From: an uncultured Flavobacteriales bacterium
GTDB lineage: Bacteria > Bacteroidota > Bacteroidia > Flavobacteriales > UBA7312
DNA length: 64,000 nt
Assembly (NCBI GenBank): GCA_913048435.1
Contig: CAJWWC010000005.1
Coordinates: forward strand, 15,148-79,147
Direction of reading: 5' to 3'
The position numbers were made by a program, and so were the translations under genes. Each line of letters starts with the position of its first letter. The stretch's first letter is position 1. This document shows, piece after piece, positions 10,001 through 19,357 of this stretch. The notes beneath the pieces were generated by a model that was given only the letters and a program-made list of their open reading frames with translations, did not search any database and had not been told where the DNA came from.

Positions 10001-13000
10001 TAATTTAGGTAATGTCTCAGAAGATGTTTTGAAAGATGGATTTAAGAGTTTTGAAAACGGATTGCCCTCTTCAGATATTGTAGAAAATGTAGATGATGAA
10101 AGTAGTGTTTGGGGTCGTATGCCAACTACTTTTGCTCTTACAAATTCTTTTGATGTCGACGCTGAGTCACGCCAATATCAAGATGTCGGACTTGATGGTC
10201 TTAGAGATGTTGATGAGCGTGTGTTTTTTGATACGGCTTACATTCAAAAAATTGAGTCAATATACGGTGTTAACAGTGATGCTTACAATATAGCATTGAC
10301 TGACCCTTCTTCCGACAATTACTCTTATTTTTTAGGTGATGACTTGGACGATGAAAGCGCCTCCATATTAAAGCGTTATGAATATTTTTCTGGAATAGAT
10401 GGTAACTCAGCAATTCCCAATCCAACTCCAACCATGTCTACTACAATTCCAAATACGGAGGATATAAATTTTGATAATACACTCAATGAATCAGAAAGTT
10501 ATTACCAATACAACATTCCTTTATTCCCTGGAATGCAAATTGGCGATAGCTATATCAGTGATATACAAGAAACCGAGGCAAATACACCTAATGGAAATAG
10601 GATTATAAAATGGTACCAGTTTAAAATACCAGTCCAACAGCCTGAAAAAACAGTGGGTTCTATTCGTGACTTTAAATCTATTAGATTTATTCGACTCTTA
10701 CTCAAAGATTTTGACCAGCCTGTAGTAATGCGCTTTGCAACATTAGAATTAGTTCGAGGCGAATGGAGACGTTATAATTTTAGTTTAAAAAGAGAAGGAG
10801 AATATGTTCCAAATGATAATGCTAGTAATACCTCTTTTGATGTATCTGTTGTAAATATAGAAGAGAATGCTGAAAAAATCCCTGTCCCATACGTTCTCCC
10901 ACCAGGCATAGAACAAGAGGTTGATAATACAACAACTTATGTAAGAAGGCAAAATGAACAATCTTTAGTTCTTAAAGTTTGTGATTTGGAGGATGGAGAT
11001 TCTAGAGCTGCGTATAAAACCTTCAACAATGACTTTAGAACTTATAATCGATTAAAAATGTACGTACACGCAGAAGCATCTGGAGAAATAGAGTCAGATC
11101 TTCAAGATGGTGATTTATCCCTTTTTGTAAGATTAGGTACTGATTTTAACGATAATTATTATGAATATGAAATTCCATTAAAGATCACCCCATGGGGAGT
11201 ATCAAGACTTGATGATCAAATTATATGGCCAACAGAGAATGAGTTAAATATTACTTTCCAGCAATTGCTCGATGCTAAGCAAGAACGAAATAAAGCAATA
11301 AGAGATGGAACACATATCAGTAGTAATTATCCTTTTTCTGGATCAGACAAACAAATTACCGTTGTTGGTAACCCTAATATTAGCATGGTGAAAACTATTA
11401 TGTTAGGAGTAAGAAACCCAAGAAAAGGTGGTTTTAACTCCACCATCAATGATGACGGCTCATCCAAATGTGGAGAGATTTGGTTAAATGAATTACGTTT
11501 AACAGACTTCGACGAACGAGGCGGTTACGCTGCTAATAGTCGTATTAACGCAAGGTTGGCTGATTTTGCTAACGTTAATATCACTGGAAGCATGAGTACC
11601 ATCGGTTTTGGTTCGATTGATCAAAGCCTAACTGCTAGACAAAAGTACGATGCATATCAGTACGATTTTTCATCAACATTTGCACTAGGAAATTTCTTTG
11701 GTAAAAAAGCTGCTATTAAGATACCTATGTATGTTGGTGTTTCGGAAGCTATTCAAAATCCGCAGTACAATCCACTTGATCCAGATATAACATTAAAGTC
11801 ATCACTAGAAGAATTACAATCCAATGATGAGAAAGAAGAATTGAAAGAGATAGCACAAGATTTAACTAAAAGGAAGTCTATTAACTTTACAAATGTAAGA
11901 AAAAACAAATCTAATTCTTCAAACAATAAATCTAAGATTTATGATATAGAAAATCTGTCAGTAACCTACTCAAGAAATGAAACATTTTCAAGAAATGTTA
12001 ATCTAAAAGAAAGAACAACAGTTAGCACGAAGGCTTCTTTAAACTATTCCTATTCTGCAAAGCCTAAAAATATAAAACCATTCAAAAAAGTTAAGCTATT
12101 TAGGAATAAGTATTTTACATTATTAAAAGATTTTAACTTTTATACTCTACCAAAATCAATATCTTTTCAGACTGATTTAGATAGGTATTTCAATAAAACA
12201 CAATTTAGAAATGTCAACAACCCAGATTTCACCTTACCACCATTTTACAACAAAGCATTTGTTTGGAATAGAAATTACAGTGTAAAGTACGACTTGACAC
12301 GTACATTAAAAACAGAATTTAAGGTTCGCAACTCTGCTAGTATTGATGAGCCAGACGGTGAGTTGATTAAAACAGATCCATATTTTCAAGAAAAGAAAGA
12401 CTCCATATGGAATAATATTCTAAATTTTGGAAGACCGACTTTGTATCATCATTCATTAAACGCGAGTTATAATGTTCCTTTAAATAAATTTCCTTTAACT
12501 TCTTGGATAAATTTAAACACAAAATATACTGCCAATTACGATTGGTTATCATCACCAATAAGCTTACAAAATTTAGGTAATACCATTCAAAATAGCAACA
12601 ATAAGCAAATAAACTCAACATTTAATTTTGGGCAGCTTTATAATAAAATCCCATTTTTAAAAAAATTAAATAACAATAATACATCTAGAAGATCAGGATT
12701 AAGAGCGAGAGGTTCAAGTAGAGAATCTATACGTTTACCCAACGAGGCTCAAGACACTATTAATGTCTCTTTAAAAGAAATAGCAAACACTATTTTAAAA
12801 ACAACTTTATTAGTTAAAAACCTTTCAATTTCATATCGACAAAATCAAGGTATTGTATTGCCAGGGTTTAATAAAAAGCCTCATTTTTTTGGTCAAGATT
12901 GGGATGCCATGGCCCCTGGGATACCTTTTGCTTTAGGTAGTCAAAATATTGACATAAGGGATTTAAGTTCACGAGGCGGATGGTTGACTTCCAATACAAA

Positions 13001-14156
13001 TTTGAATCAATTTTTTAAGTTAACTGATAGTGAGACTATCAACTTGAGAGGAACTTTAGAGCCTATTAAAGGATTTAGAATTGAGCTAACTGCTAACAGA
13101 ACCAAAACTAACAACATACAAGAAATTTTTAGATTTGATTCGGAATTAGGTAGTTATGATTCTTTTAACAACATAGAAAATGGCAGTCACAGCATTTCAT
13201 TTATTAGTTGGAATTCTGCCTTCATAAAAGATGATGATAATTATTCAAACGCTACCTTTCAGCAATTTAGGCGAAATAGAGAAATAATAGCCAATAGACT
13301 TGCAGAGTTAAATCCATATGATAATAGTATCGTTGATAGCACTGGATATCCATTAGGCTATCAAAGTACCTCTCAAGATGTGTTAATTCCTGCATTTATA
13401 GCAGCTTATTCAGGAAAAGAGGCATCTTCTGTTGGGATTAATAATTTCCCAAATATTCCATTGCCAAATTGGCGAATTAACTTTGATGGTTTACGAAATG
13501 TTAAGTGGATTAAAAAAAGAATGAACAACATTATACTAAGTCATTCATATCAATCCACTTACAGCGTTGGTAATTATACCACTAGTCTTGATTATGAGGC
13601 TGGTTTTGATCAGTGGCCGACTACAATAAATGAATCTACATTAAATTACTTTGATAAATTCGAAATAAATCAAGTAACTTTAAGAGAAAGTTTGAATCCT
13701 TTATTTAAAATAGATCTTACATTCAAAAATAGTATGACAGCTCGTGTTGAAATAAAGAAAGATAGAACTTTAAGCTTAGGTTTGAGTAATAATCAACTTA
13801 CAGATCGTTCTTCTGATGAGTGGATTGTTGGAGCTGGATACAGATTAAAAGATTTAGCTTTTAACTTAAGAGCAGCGGGTAGACAAAGAAAAATAAGCTC
13901 TGATTTAGATTTAAAGTTCGATTTTTCGCTTAGAAGTAATAAGGTTGTGATTAGAAAAATAGAAGAAAACCAAGAAGAAATAACAGGTGGTAACAGTGTA
14001 ATTACGTTGAAATTTACGGCGGACTATGTTGTTAGCAGCAGATTAAATCTGCGATTATTTTATGACAAAGTGATGACAAACCCATATGTTTCAAATACCT
14101 TTCCGTCAGCTATTACCAATGCAGGATTTAGCGTTAGATTCACTTTAGCACAATAA
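7005..14156 (+). CDS. sprA: T9SS translocon / gliding motility protein SprA
   Basis: 2383-aa single ORF with a GTG start and a signal-like N-terminus. The size and beta-rich composition are typical of the giant SprA outer-membrane barrel, and T9SS cargos occur in the same window. Confidence 0.85.
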   Translation: MFQNKVIHKQALWYFFLFLMQSKLLFSQSFNDSLIFKIPENNAWENPLDVQTSGFFLETPSNLKPKLIYSPELRVYSVEHKINRFMLSNTTSLSLEEYNNYFSKLSIIDYWKEKTSNPSLNVDNNLKGPLSIDIGGEIFDKIFGNSTVDIRPQGSAELIFSVKHNKTENNALPIDKQSNTSFDFKQKIQMNVIGKIGDKLQLNTNYNTEAIFDFDNKIKLEYEGEEDEIIKKIEIGNVGLPLNGTLISGSQSLLGLKTQLQFGKATVTSIFSQQKSNSKIIDVEGGAQKTEFDIYADQYETNKHFFLSHYFKAKYNDAMSQLPFINSPINITKIEVWVTNKTGTVEDTRNILAFLDLGESQSDMYNTTLFSDNNDFSFPDNNNNTLYQQMLDEGDALRNINQVNSIFNSASYPNFLGSQDYEKLERARLLSPTEYTFHPQLGYISLNSVIGPDEVLAVAFQYTIGNDLFQVGEFSSNGPSAPNSLYIKLLKNLSFSPLLPNWDLMMKNIYSLGAYNISDQEFFLDVVFENTRDNGTITNYIPEDNLTEKPIINLLRLDNLNAQQERKPDGIFDFINGVTIITSNGKIIFPLREPFGEDLRQKFSDNDIANNYVYDILYDSTLTVAQQFPEYNKFRIKGSYQSESGSEIYLGVFSIEQGSVIVTAGGLRLEEGKDFTVNYSMGKVNIINEGILMSGTPIRISVESNTFGLQQKTLVGTHIDYRISDDFMLGGTILNLTEKPYTKKVNSGDEPISNTIWGIDGTYRRESNLLTKIVDFLPILETKEKSILTAQGEFAHLIPGHQRAIGDNGTAYIDDFEASSTGIDIKNPGAWFLASLPNDPNLFPESTLGNQSPRLGNLNSGSNRALLSWYNIDPVFYRNTSNTPTHISNDDTQLSNHNVREVLEKEVFPNRDPQYATQVSNLSVLNLSYNPNKRGPYNFDTENITTSGLLLNPEDRWAGIMRKLETTDFELQNIEFVEFWIMDPFNEDSENQTGGKLIVNLGNVSEDVLKDGFKSFENGLPSSDIVENVDDESSVWGRMPTTFALTNSFDVDAESRQYQDVGLDGLRDVDERVFFDTAYIQKIESIYGVNSDAYNIALTDPSSDNYSYFLGDDLDDESASILKRYEYFSGIDGNSAIPNPTPTMSTTIPNTEDINFDNTLNESESYYQYNIPLFPGMQIGDSYISDIQETEANTPNGNRIIKWYQFKIPVQQPEKTVGSIRDFKSIRFIRLLLKDFDQPVVMRFATLELVRGEWRRYNFSLKREGEYVPNDNASNTSFDVSVVNIEENAEKIPVPYVLPPGIEQEVDNTTTYVRRQNEQSLVLKVCDLEDGDSRAAYKTFNNDFRTYNRLKMYVHAEASGEIESDLQDGDLSLFVRLGTDFNDNYYEYEIPLKITPWGVSRLDDQIIWPTENELNITFQQLLDAKQERNKAIRDGTHISSNYPFSGSDKQITVVGNPNISMVKTIMLGVRNPRKGGFNSTINDDGSSKCGEIWLNELRLTDFDERGGYAANSRINARLADFANVNITGSMSTIGFGSIDQSLTARQKYDAYQYDFSSTFALGNFFGKKAAIKIPMYVGVSEAIQNPQYNPLDPDITLKSSLEELQSNDEKEELKEIAQDLTKRKSINFTNVRKNKSNSSNNKSKIYDIENLSVTYSRNETFSRNVNLKERTTVSTKASLNYSYSAKPKNIKPFKKVKLFRNKYFTLLKDFNFYTLPKSISFQTDLDRYFNKTQFRNVNNPDFTLPPFYNKAFVWNRNYSVKYDLTRTLKTEFKVRNSASIDEPDGELIKTDPYFQEKKDSIWNNILNFGRPTLYHHSLNASYNVPLNKFPLTSWINLNTKYTANYDWLSSPISLQNLGNTIQNSNNKQINSTFNFGQLYNKIPFLKKLNNNNTSRRSGLRARGSSRESIRLPNEAQDTINVSLKEIANTILKTTLLVKNLSISYRQNQGIVLPGFNKKPHFFGQDWDAMAPGIPFALGSQNIDIRDLSSRGGWLTSNTNLNQFFKLTDSETINLRGTLEPIKGFRIELTANRTKTNNIQEIFRFDSELGSYDSFNNIENGSHSISFISWNSAFIKDDDNYSNATFQQFRRNREIIANRLAELNPYDNSIVDSTGYPLGYQSTSQDVLIPAFIAAYSGKEASSVGINNFPNIPLPNWRINFDGLRNVKWIKKRMNNIILSHSYQSTYSVGNYTTSLDYEAGFDQWPTTINESTLNYFDKFEINQVTLRESLNPLFKIDLTFKNSMTARVEIKKDRTLSLGLSNNQLTDRSSDEWIVGAGYRLKDLAFNLRAAGRQRKISSDLDLKFDFSLRSNKVVIRKIEENQEEITGGNSVITLKFTADYVVSSRLNLRLFYDKVMTNPYVSNTFPSAITNAGFSVRFTLAQ

Positions 14157-14206
14157 ACAAATTTTAAACTATTAATTGTATTTTTGTACCAACAAAATAA
14201 TTAAAT

Positions 14207-14584
14207 ATGAATATTCCAGCAGAATTAAAATATACAAAAGATCATGAATGGGTAAGAGTTGAAGGCGACGAAGCAGTTATTGGTATTACAGATTTTGCTC
14301 AAAACGAACTAGGCGACATTGTTTTTGTTGAGGTGGAAACAGAAGGAGAAAGTATAATGAGTGAAGAAATTTTTGGTTCTGTAGAAGCAGTCAAAACAGT
14401 TTCAGATCTTTTCATGCCCTTAAGTGGAGAGGTGCTATTATTTAATTCAGAATTAGATGATACTCCTGAAGTTGTTAACTCTGACCCATATGGATCAGGA
14501 TGGATGATTCGTATTAAAATTTCTGATTTTTCTGAGATAGATAATTTATTGTCGGCTGATCAATATAAAGATTTAATTAGCTAA
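14207..14584 (+). CDS. gcvH: Glycine cleavage system H protein
   Basis: 125 aa with YTKDHEWV and the lipoyl-lysine context VEAVKTVSD. Confidence 0.9.
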   Translation: MNIPAELKYTKDHEWVRVEGDEAVIGITDFAQNELGDIVFVEVETEGESIMSEEIFGSVEAVKTVSDLFMPLSGEVLLFNSELDDTPEVVNSDPYGSGWMIRIKISDFSEIDNLLSADQYKDLIS

Positions 14585-14962
14585 ATGCGCAATATAATAG
14601 CACATGTTTGGATTGTTATTATAGCAATCTTACATGCTATACCAGGCACAGATGTTCAAAAGTTTATCCTTTCCGAATTATTTTTAATAGACAAACTGGT
14701 ACATATCATTATTTTTATGATTGGGGTTTATTTGTTTGCTACAGTAGGCAAACGACAACAAAAAGGACAATTTTTACGAAATATAAGTTTACTTTTTGTT
14801 GTTTACGGATTATTGTTAGAGTTGCTTCAAGGTTTTATTTTTGTGGGTAGGAGTGCTGATTTTTTAGATTGGTTAGCTGATATAATCGGAGTATTTTTAG
14901 GTATTTGGATTTACAAGAAAATTCCTTTTAACGTATCAATAAATTCATATAAAAAAGATTAA
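14585..14962 (+). CDS. VanZ-like family membrane protein
   Basis: 125 aa, four hydrophobic helices, DKLVH and DFLDWLADIIGVFLG motifs resembling VanZ. Confidence 0.6.
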   Translation: MRNIIAHVWIVIIAILHAIPGTDVQKFILSELFLIDKLVHIIIFMIGVYLFATVGKRQQKGQFLRNISLLFVVYGLLLELLQGFIFVGRSADFLDWLADIIGVFLGIWIYKKIPFNVSINSYKKD

Positions 14963-14985
14963 ATTTGCTTTAGCAAACCAATTGT

Positions 14986-15657
14986 ATGGAACCAAAAAAG
15001 AACCCCAAAGTTGATTTAGAGAAAAGAAGAGGTTTATATTTACAAATCGGACTTGTAATATCCCTTTTGTTAGTTTTAGCTGCTTTTGAATATAGAACGT
15101 ACGAAAAAGTAGTAGCTTCTCTAGGCGATTTAATAATTGATGCTGAATTCGAAGAGGAGATTGAAAATACATTCAGAGAAGAAAAACCTCCACCTCCACC
15201 TCCACCTCCACCAGATGAAATAGTTATTGTTGAAGACGATGAAGAAATTGAAGAGGCAGAAATAGAAGATACTGAATCTGATGAAGATCTTGAAGTTTTC
15301 GAGGAAGAGGAAGAGACTACAGATGAAATATTTATGGTCGTTGAGGATATGCCTAGGTTTGAGGGCTGTAGTAATGAAAATTGTACGCAAACCAAGATTA
15401 TGCAATTTATAGCTAGAAAAACTAAGTACCCCCCTATTGCTAAAGAAAATAATATTACCGGCAGGGTCTTTGTGAGTTTTGTTGTCGACAAAACAGGAAT
15501 GGTTTCCAATGTTAAAATATTACGTGGTGTAGATAAATATTTGGATGCTGAGGCAGTTCGAGTAGTTTCTAGCTTGCCAAGATTTAGTCCTGGTAAACAA
15601 AGAGGCAAACCTGTTAAAGTACAATATAACGTGCCAATTAGCTTCAAACTGAATTAA
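14986..15657 (+). CDS. TonB-family energy transducer (N-terminal anchor, acidic/proline linker, TonB C-terminal domain)
   Basis: One TM helix, a P9 run followed by a D/E-rich linker, and a C-terminal domain with YPPIAKENNITGRVFVSFVVDKTG...V. Confidence 0.8.
   Translation: MEPKKNPKVDLEKRRGLYLQIGLVISLLLVLAAFEYRTYEKVVASLGDLIIDAEFEEEIENTFREEKPPPPPPPPPDEIVIVEDDEEIEEAEIEDTESDEDLEVFEEEEETTDEIFMVVEDMPRFEGCSNENCTQTKIMQFIARKTKYPPIAKENNITGRVFVSFVVDKTGMVSNVKILRGVDKYLDAEAVRVVSSLPRFSPGKQRGKPVKVQYNVPISFKLN
15187..15213 (+). repeat. Hexanucleotide tandem repeat (CCTCCA x4 plus CCA) encoding Pro9 in the TonB linker
   Basis: cctccacctccacctccacctccacca read directly from the sequence. Confidence 0.9.
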
Positions 15658-15758
15658 TATTATCATTTTATATAAAATTGAAAACTTCATAAATAGATTT
15701 TTATTGAGGATGTCTCCACAGGATTAATTTATTTTTTCTTAGCATTATTAGGTACATT

Positions 15759-16508
15759 ATGATTACTAAAATTGAAAATTTTATTGATTCTACTTATCTT
15801 AAAACAAAAAAACAATCGGGTCTAACTGAAAAACAAGAAAAGACATTTATAAAATCTTTTGTACTAGATGCTATTGAGCACCATTTTAAATTAGTTATGA
15901 TTCGTTCAAAGCATATTACTTTTGTAAAAAAAATAATAGAGGATAACAGCAGCAATGTTTTAGTTGGAACTGTTATTGATTTCCCTAGTGGAAATTCAAC
16001 GACAGAAAGTAAACTAAATGAGATTAGTAAAGCTATCAATTTAGGTGCTGACGATATTGATGTAGTTATTAACTATGAGCTTTTCAAAAAAGGGGACTAC
16101 TTTCATATTGTTAATCAAGTTAAAGAATGTACTGCTTTGTGTTTGTCCAATAATAAGACTATAAAGTGGATAATAGAATCAGCGGCATTAAGTAATAATA
16201 GTATAATTAATATATGTCAACTCATTAGAGATGTGGTGATAGAGAATTTTGGGCAAAATAATGCTCATAATGTTTTTGTAAAATCTTCGACAGGTTTTTA
16301 TGTAAGCCCTGACTCAGCACCAAACGGAGCGACTGTGTCAGATGTAAAACTAATGCTAGATAATTCTTCGCCTTTAGCTGTAAAAGCGTCTGGAGGAATA
16401 CGTAATATTAAAGACTTTATGACTATGGTTGACTTAGGTGTGAAGCGTATTGGAACATCTTCTGCCGTTTCTATTATACAAGGTAAATCATCCGATTCAA
16501 ACTATTAA
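15759..16508 (+). CDS. deoC: Deoxyribose-phosphate aldolase family protein
   Basis: IDSTYLK start region, VKSSTGF and VKASGGIR motifs. It is somewhat longer than the classic DeoC. Confidence 0.7.
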   Translation: MITKIENFIDSTYLKTKKQSGLTEKQEKTFIKSFVLDAIEHHFKLVMIRSKHITFVKKIIEDNSSNVLVGTVIDFPSGNSTTESKLNEISKAINLGADDIDVVINYELFKKGDYFHIVNQVKECTALCLSNNKTIKWIIESAALSNNSIINICQLIRDVVIENFGQNNAHNVFVKSSTGFYVSPDSAPNGATVSDVKLMLDNSSPLAVKASGGIRNIKDFMTMVDLGVKRIGTSSAVSIIQGKSSDSNY

Positions 16509-16513
16509 AATAT

Positions 16514-17851
16514 TTGAAAAAAATAATATCATATTTATCAAAGCGTTCAGGTGATGTTCATTTTACAGAACTTATAAAAGGTGCGTCCAGTACTTTTATA
16601 TTGAAAATATTAGGCTTGGTTGTGGGATACGGCCTTGCTATTTTTATTACTAATAAATTTGGAGCTTTTGTTTTTGGTCAGTACGTTACGGCCTTATTAA
16701 TAATTGAAATTTTAAGTATCATATCAAGGTTAGGCATAGACACCGCTTTAGTTAGATATATCTCTAGATATGTGCATAATGGAGCTTCCCAATTAATAAA
16801 TAAACTTTATTTTAAATCAATAGCTATTGTTACTTCAGCAGCTATTATTTTTACATTAGTATTATTGTTTTTCTCGTCCTATATCGCTGATTTTATGAAT
16901 CTTGATGAGGAGTATTTATTAATCGTATCCTTTTCTTTTATTCCATTAGTATTGTTTCATATGAATGTTCAGGCTATTCGAGGGTTGAAGAAAATGCTTT
17001 CTTTTTCTTTTTTGAATAATGTTGCGATAACCCTATTCACTTTTATTATTGTTGTGATATTGGTTTCTACAAATTCATCTGAAAAACTTCCTATTTACGC
17101 CTATGTGGGGAGTGTTTTTATAATGACATTTTCTTCTTACTTTTTATGGTTCTATCACAAAACAAAGCTTGAAAATTTTAAGGTTGTCAATAGTGAAACA
17201 GAACTCACTACAAAAGCATTGTTTAAAGTATCTATTCCATTATTGATGGGACAATCAATGATGCTGATAATGGGTAAGGTAGATTTGTTTATGTTAGCAA
17301 ATTTAACCTCTTCAGACCAAGTAGGAATTTATAATATAGCGTTAAAGTTATCTATGTTGGCGTATATGGGACTTATGGCGGTGAATAGCATTGCCGCACC
17401 CAAATTTTCAGAAATTCATTCTTCAGGAGATATTGAAGCTCTTAAAAAAATAGTTCAACAATCCACTAAAACTATATTTTGGGTTACTGTTCCAGTATTA
17501 ATATTATTTTTATGCTTCCCTAAATCTATTTTAAGTGTATTTGGAGAAGAATTTAAGTTAGCAGCTATGGCGTTAATAATTTTATCAATAAGTAAAATGT
17601 TCAGTGCAATTTCCGGCTCGGTAGGTACATTTTTACAAATGGTTGGCAAACAAAATGTATTTCAGAATATACTTATTCTTACAGCTGTAATTAATATTTG
17701 TTTAAATTACATTTTGATACCAAAATATGGTATTGATGGGGCAGCTTTTGCAAGCGCTATTAGTGGAGTAATATGGAATTCTCTAATGATAATTTATATC
17801 AAGAAATTTTTTGGATTTTTTTCAATTTATTTGCCAGGTATTAGACGATGA
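16514..17851 (+). CDS. wzx: Polysaccharide flippase (Wzx, MOP superfamily)
   Basis: 445 aa with about 12 TM helices and a TTG start. It is the first gene of a glycan locus. Confidence 0.75.
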   Translation: MKKIISYLSKRSGDVHFTELIKGASSTFILKILGLVVGYGLAIFITNKFGAFVFGQYVTALLIIEILSIISRLGIDTALVRYISRYVHNGASQLINKLYFKSIAIVTSAAIIFTLVLLFFSSYIADFMNLDEEYLLIVSFSFIPLVLFHMNVQAIRGLKKMLSFSFLNNVAITLFTFIIVVILVSTNSSEKLPIYAYVGSVFIMTFSSYFLWFYHKTKLENFKVVNSETELTTKALFKVSIPLLMGQSMMLIMGKVDLFMLANLTSSDQVGIYNIALKLSMLAYMGLMAVNSIAAPKFSEIHSSGDIEALKKIVQQSTKTIFWVTVPVLILFLCFPKSILSVFGEEFKLAAMALIILSISKMFSAISGSVGTFLQMVGKQNVFQNILILTAVINICLNYILIPKYGIDGAAFASAISGVIWNSLMIIYIKKFFGFFSIYLPGIRR

Positions 17852-18774
17852 ATTATCCTAACCTATATATCGTCGGCGCACCAAAGGCAGGCACAACTTC
17901 TTTGTATCATTATCTTAGTCAACACCCTGATATTGCGATTCCTGACAAAGAGCCGCGATTTTTTATCAAGGAAACTATCCAAAGTGTTAGTGACAAAGAC
18001 CCCATTAAACCCTATTTATTGAGAAGTTCAATACTTGATGAAATTGCTTACACTAATCTTTATGCAAAGAAAAATGAAAAAATAAAGTGTGACGCTAGCA
18101 CACAATATTTATACCATCACAATGAAGTAATTCCAAAAATCAAACAACTGAAAGATGGCAAGTCACCAAAAATTTTGATAATTCTAAGAAATCCTATTCA
18201 GAGAGCATTTTCAAATTATTCTCATAATTATTTAACCTTTGAAAAATTAGATTTTAAGCATGCACTTGAAAAAGAAAAATATCGTATTTCAAAAGGCTTT
18301 AATTCTTTTTGGTATTATAAAGGTTTAAGTACATATTCCGACTCAGTAAAAGCTTATATAGATGCTTTTCAGCAAGTGAAAGTTATTTTTTTTGAAGATT
18401 TTGTAAACGATATTGATAAATCATTAGTTGATATTTTCGATTTTTTAGAAGTTGATAACAGCTTTAAAGTGTCTCATTTTATGATAAATAAAAAAAGTAC
18501 GGGAGCACCAAAGAGTAAAAAAATAAACACATTTCTTCAATCATCTTCAAAGTTTAGTTTTTTTAAAAAAATTCTTCACAACACAATTGGAGAGCAAAAA
18601 ACTAAGTTGATTAGAGAGTTGATTATGCGTAAAAATTTATCTAAGTCAAAAATTTCTTTAGATGAATCTTTGAAATCCAATTTAGAATCATATTTTGTAG
18701 AGGATATTGCACAGCTAAAAAAAATCTTACCACAGCATAACATAGGTTGGTTAAACAATGGAACAAATTCATAA
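17848..18774 (+). CDS. Sulfotransferase (PAPS-dependent)
   Basis: 5-prime-PSB motif GAPKAGTTSL and 3-prime-PB-like ILRNPIQRAFS. Confidence 0.8.
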   Translation: MNYPNLYIVGAPKAGTTSLYHYLSQHPDIAIPDKEPRFFIKETIQSVSDKDPIKPYLLRSSILDEIAYTNLYAKKNEKIKCDASTQYLYHHNEVIPKIKQLKDGKSPKILIILRNPIQRAFSNYSHNYLTFEKLDFKHALEKEKYRISKGFNSFWYYKGLSTYSDSVKAYIDAFQQVKVIFFEDFVNDIDKSLVDIFDFLEVDNSFKVSHFMINKKSTGAPKSKKINTFLQSSSKFSFFKKILHNTIGEQKTKLIRELIMRKNLSKSKISLDESLKSNLESYFVEDIAQLKKILPQHNIGWLNNGTNS

Positions 18775-19357
18775 TACATATCGCAGAGTAAGGGATAAGA
18801 TTTTTACTTTTCTTTATCGATTTTCGTTTAAGGAGTTGGCATCTAAATCCACACTATCAATGCCATTTTCCGTTGAAGGTGCAAGATATATTGCTATCAA
18901 AAAAGAGGTTTTTATTAAACCCAACGCTTGGTTTTTGGCATTGAATCAATTCGATTCAAATTCTACAGACACTAAACTTTCTTTAGGTGAAGGTACTTAT
19001 ATTGGAAGAAATGCTCATATTGTATCTTTGAAAAGTATACGAATTGGCAAGAATGTATTGATAGGCGATAATGTATATATCGCTGATAATTTTCATCGTT
19101 TTGATAGGGTTGATTTGCCATATAAAGAACAAGGAGTGGGCTTTAAAGCCGAGGTTGAAATTGGTGATGGCACATGGCTTGGTGAAAATGTTTGTATAAT
19201 TTCATCCAAGATTGGTAAGCAATGTGTGGTTGGAGCCAATTCATTGGTAATTAACAATGTTCCCGATTATAGTATGGTAGCTGGAACACCAGCTAGAATT
19301 ATCAAAAAGTACAATCATAGTACCAAAAGCTGGGAAAAGACTAAACATAACACATGA
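18758..19357 (+). CDS. Left-handed beta-helix (hexapeptide) acyl/acetyltransferase
   Basis: Hexapeptide repeats IGKNVLIGDNVYIADN and IGDGTWLGENVCIIS. It ends with VAGTPARIIKKY. Confidence 0.8.
   Translation: MEQIHNTYRRVRDKIFTFLYRFSFKELASKSTLSMPFSVEGARYIAIKKEVFIKPNAWFLALNQFDSNSTDTKLSLGEGTYIGRNAHIVSLKSIRIGKNVLIGDNVYIADNFHRFDRVDLPYKEQGVGFKAEVEIGDGTWLGENVCIISSKIGKQCVVGANSLVINNVPDYSMVAGTPARIIKKYNHSTKSWEKTKHNT

Noticed and set aside
1723-12621. Short antisense or alternative-frame ORFs from the track inside large genes: 1723-1932, 4301-4531, 6571-6903, 10093-10293, 12367-12621
   Set aside because: Each lies wholly inside a longer CDS with strong family motifs. They have no start context or motif of their own and show low-complexity or hydrophobic nonsense composition.
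14970-15647. 225-aa Ser-rich minus-strand ORF (with a poly-Gly run), plus the 91-aa ORF at 15130-15405
   Set aside because: It is the mirror image of the TonB-like gene. The acidic GAA/GAT-rich and CCN-rich coding DNA stays open on the opposite strand. The plus-strand product has a clear TonB architecture.

The 75-aa minus-strand ORF at 14945-15172 and the 80-aa plus-strand ORF at 14608-14850 (alternative frame inside the VanZ-like gene) were dismissed in the same way.
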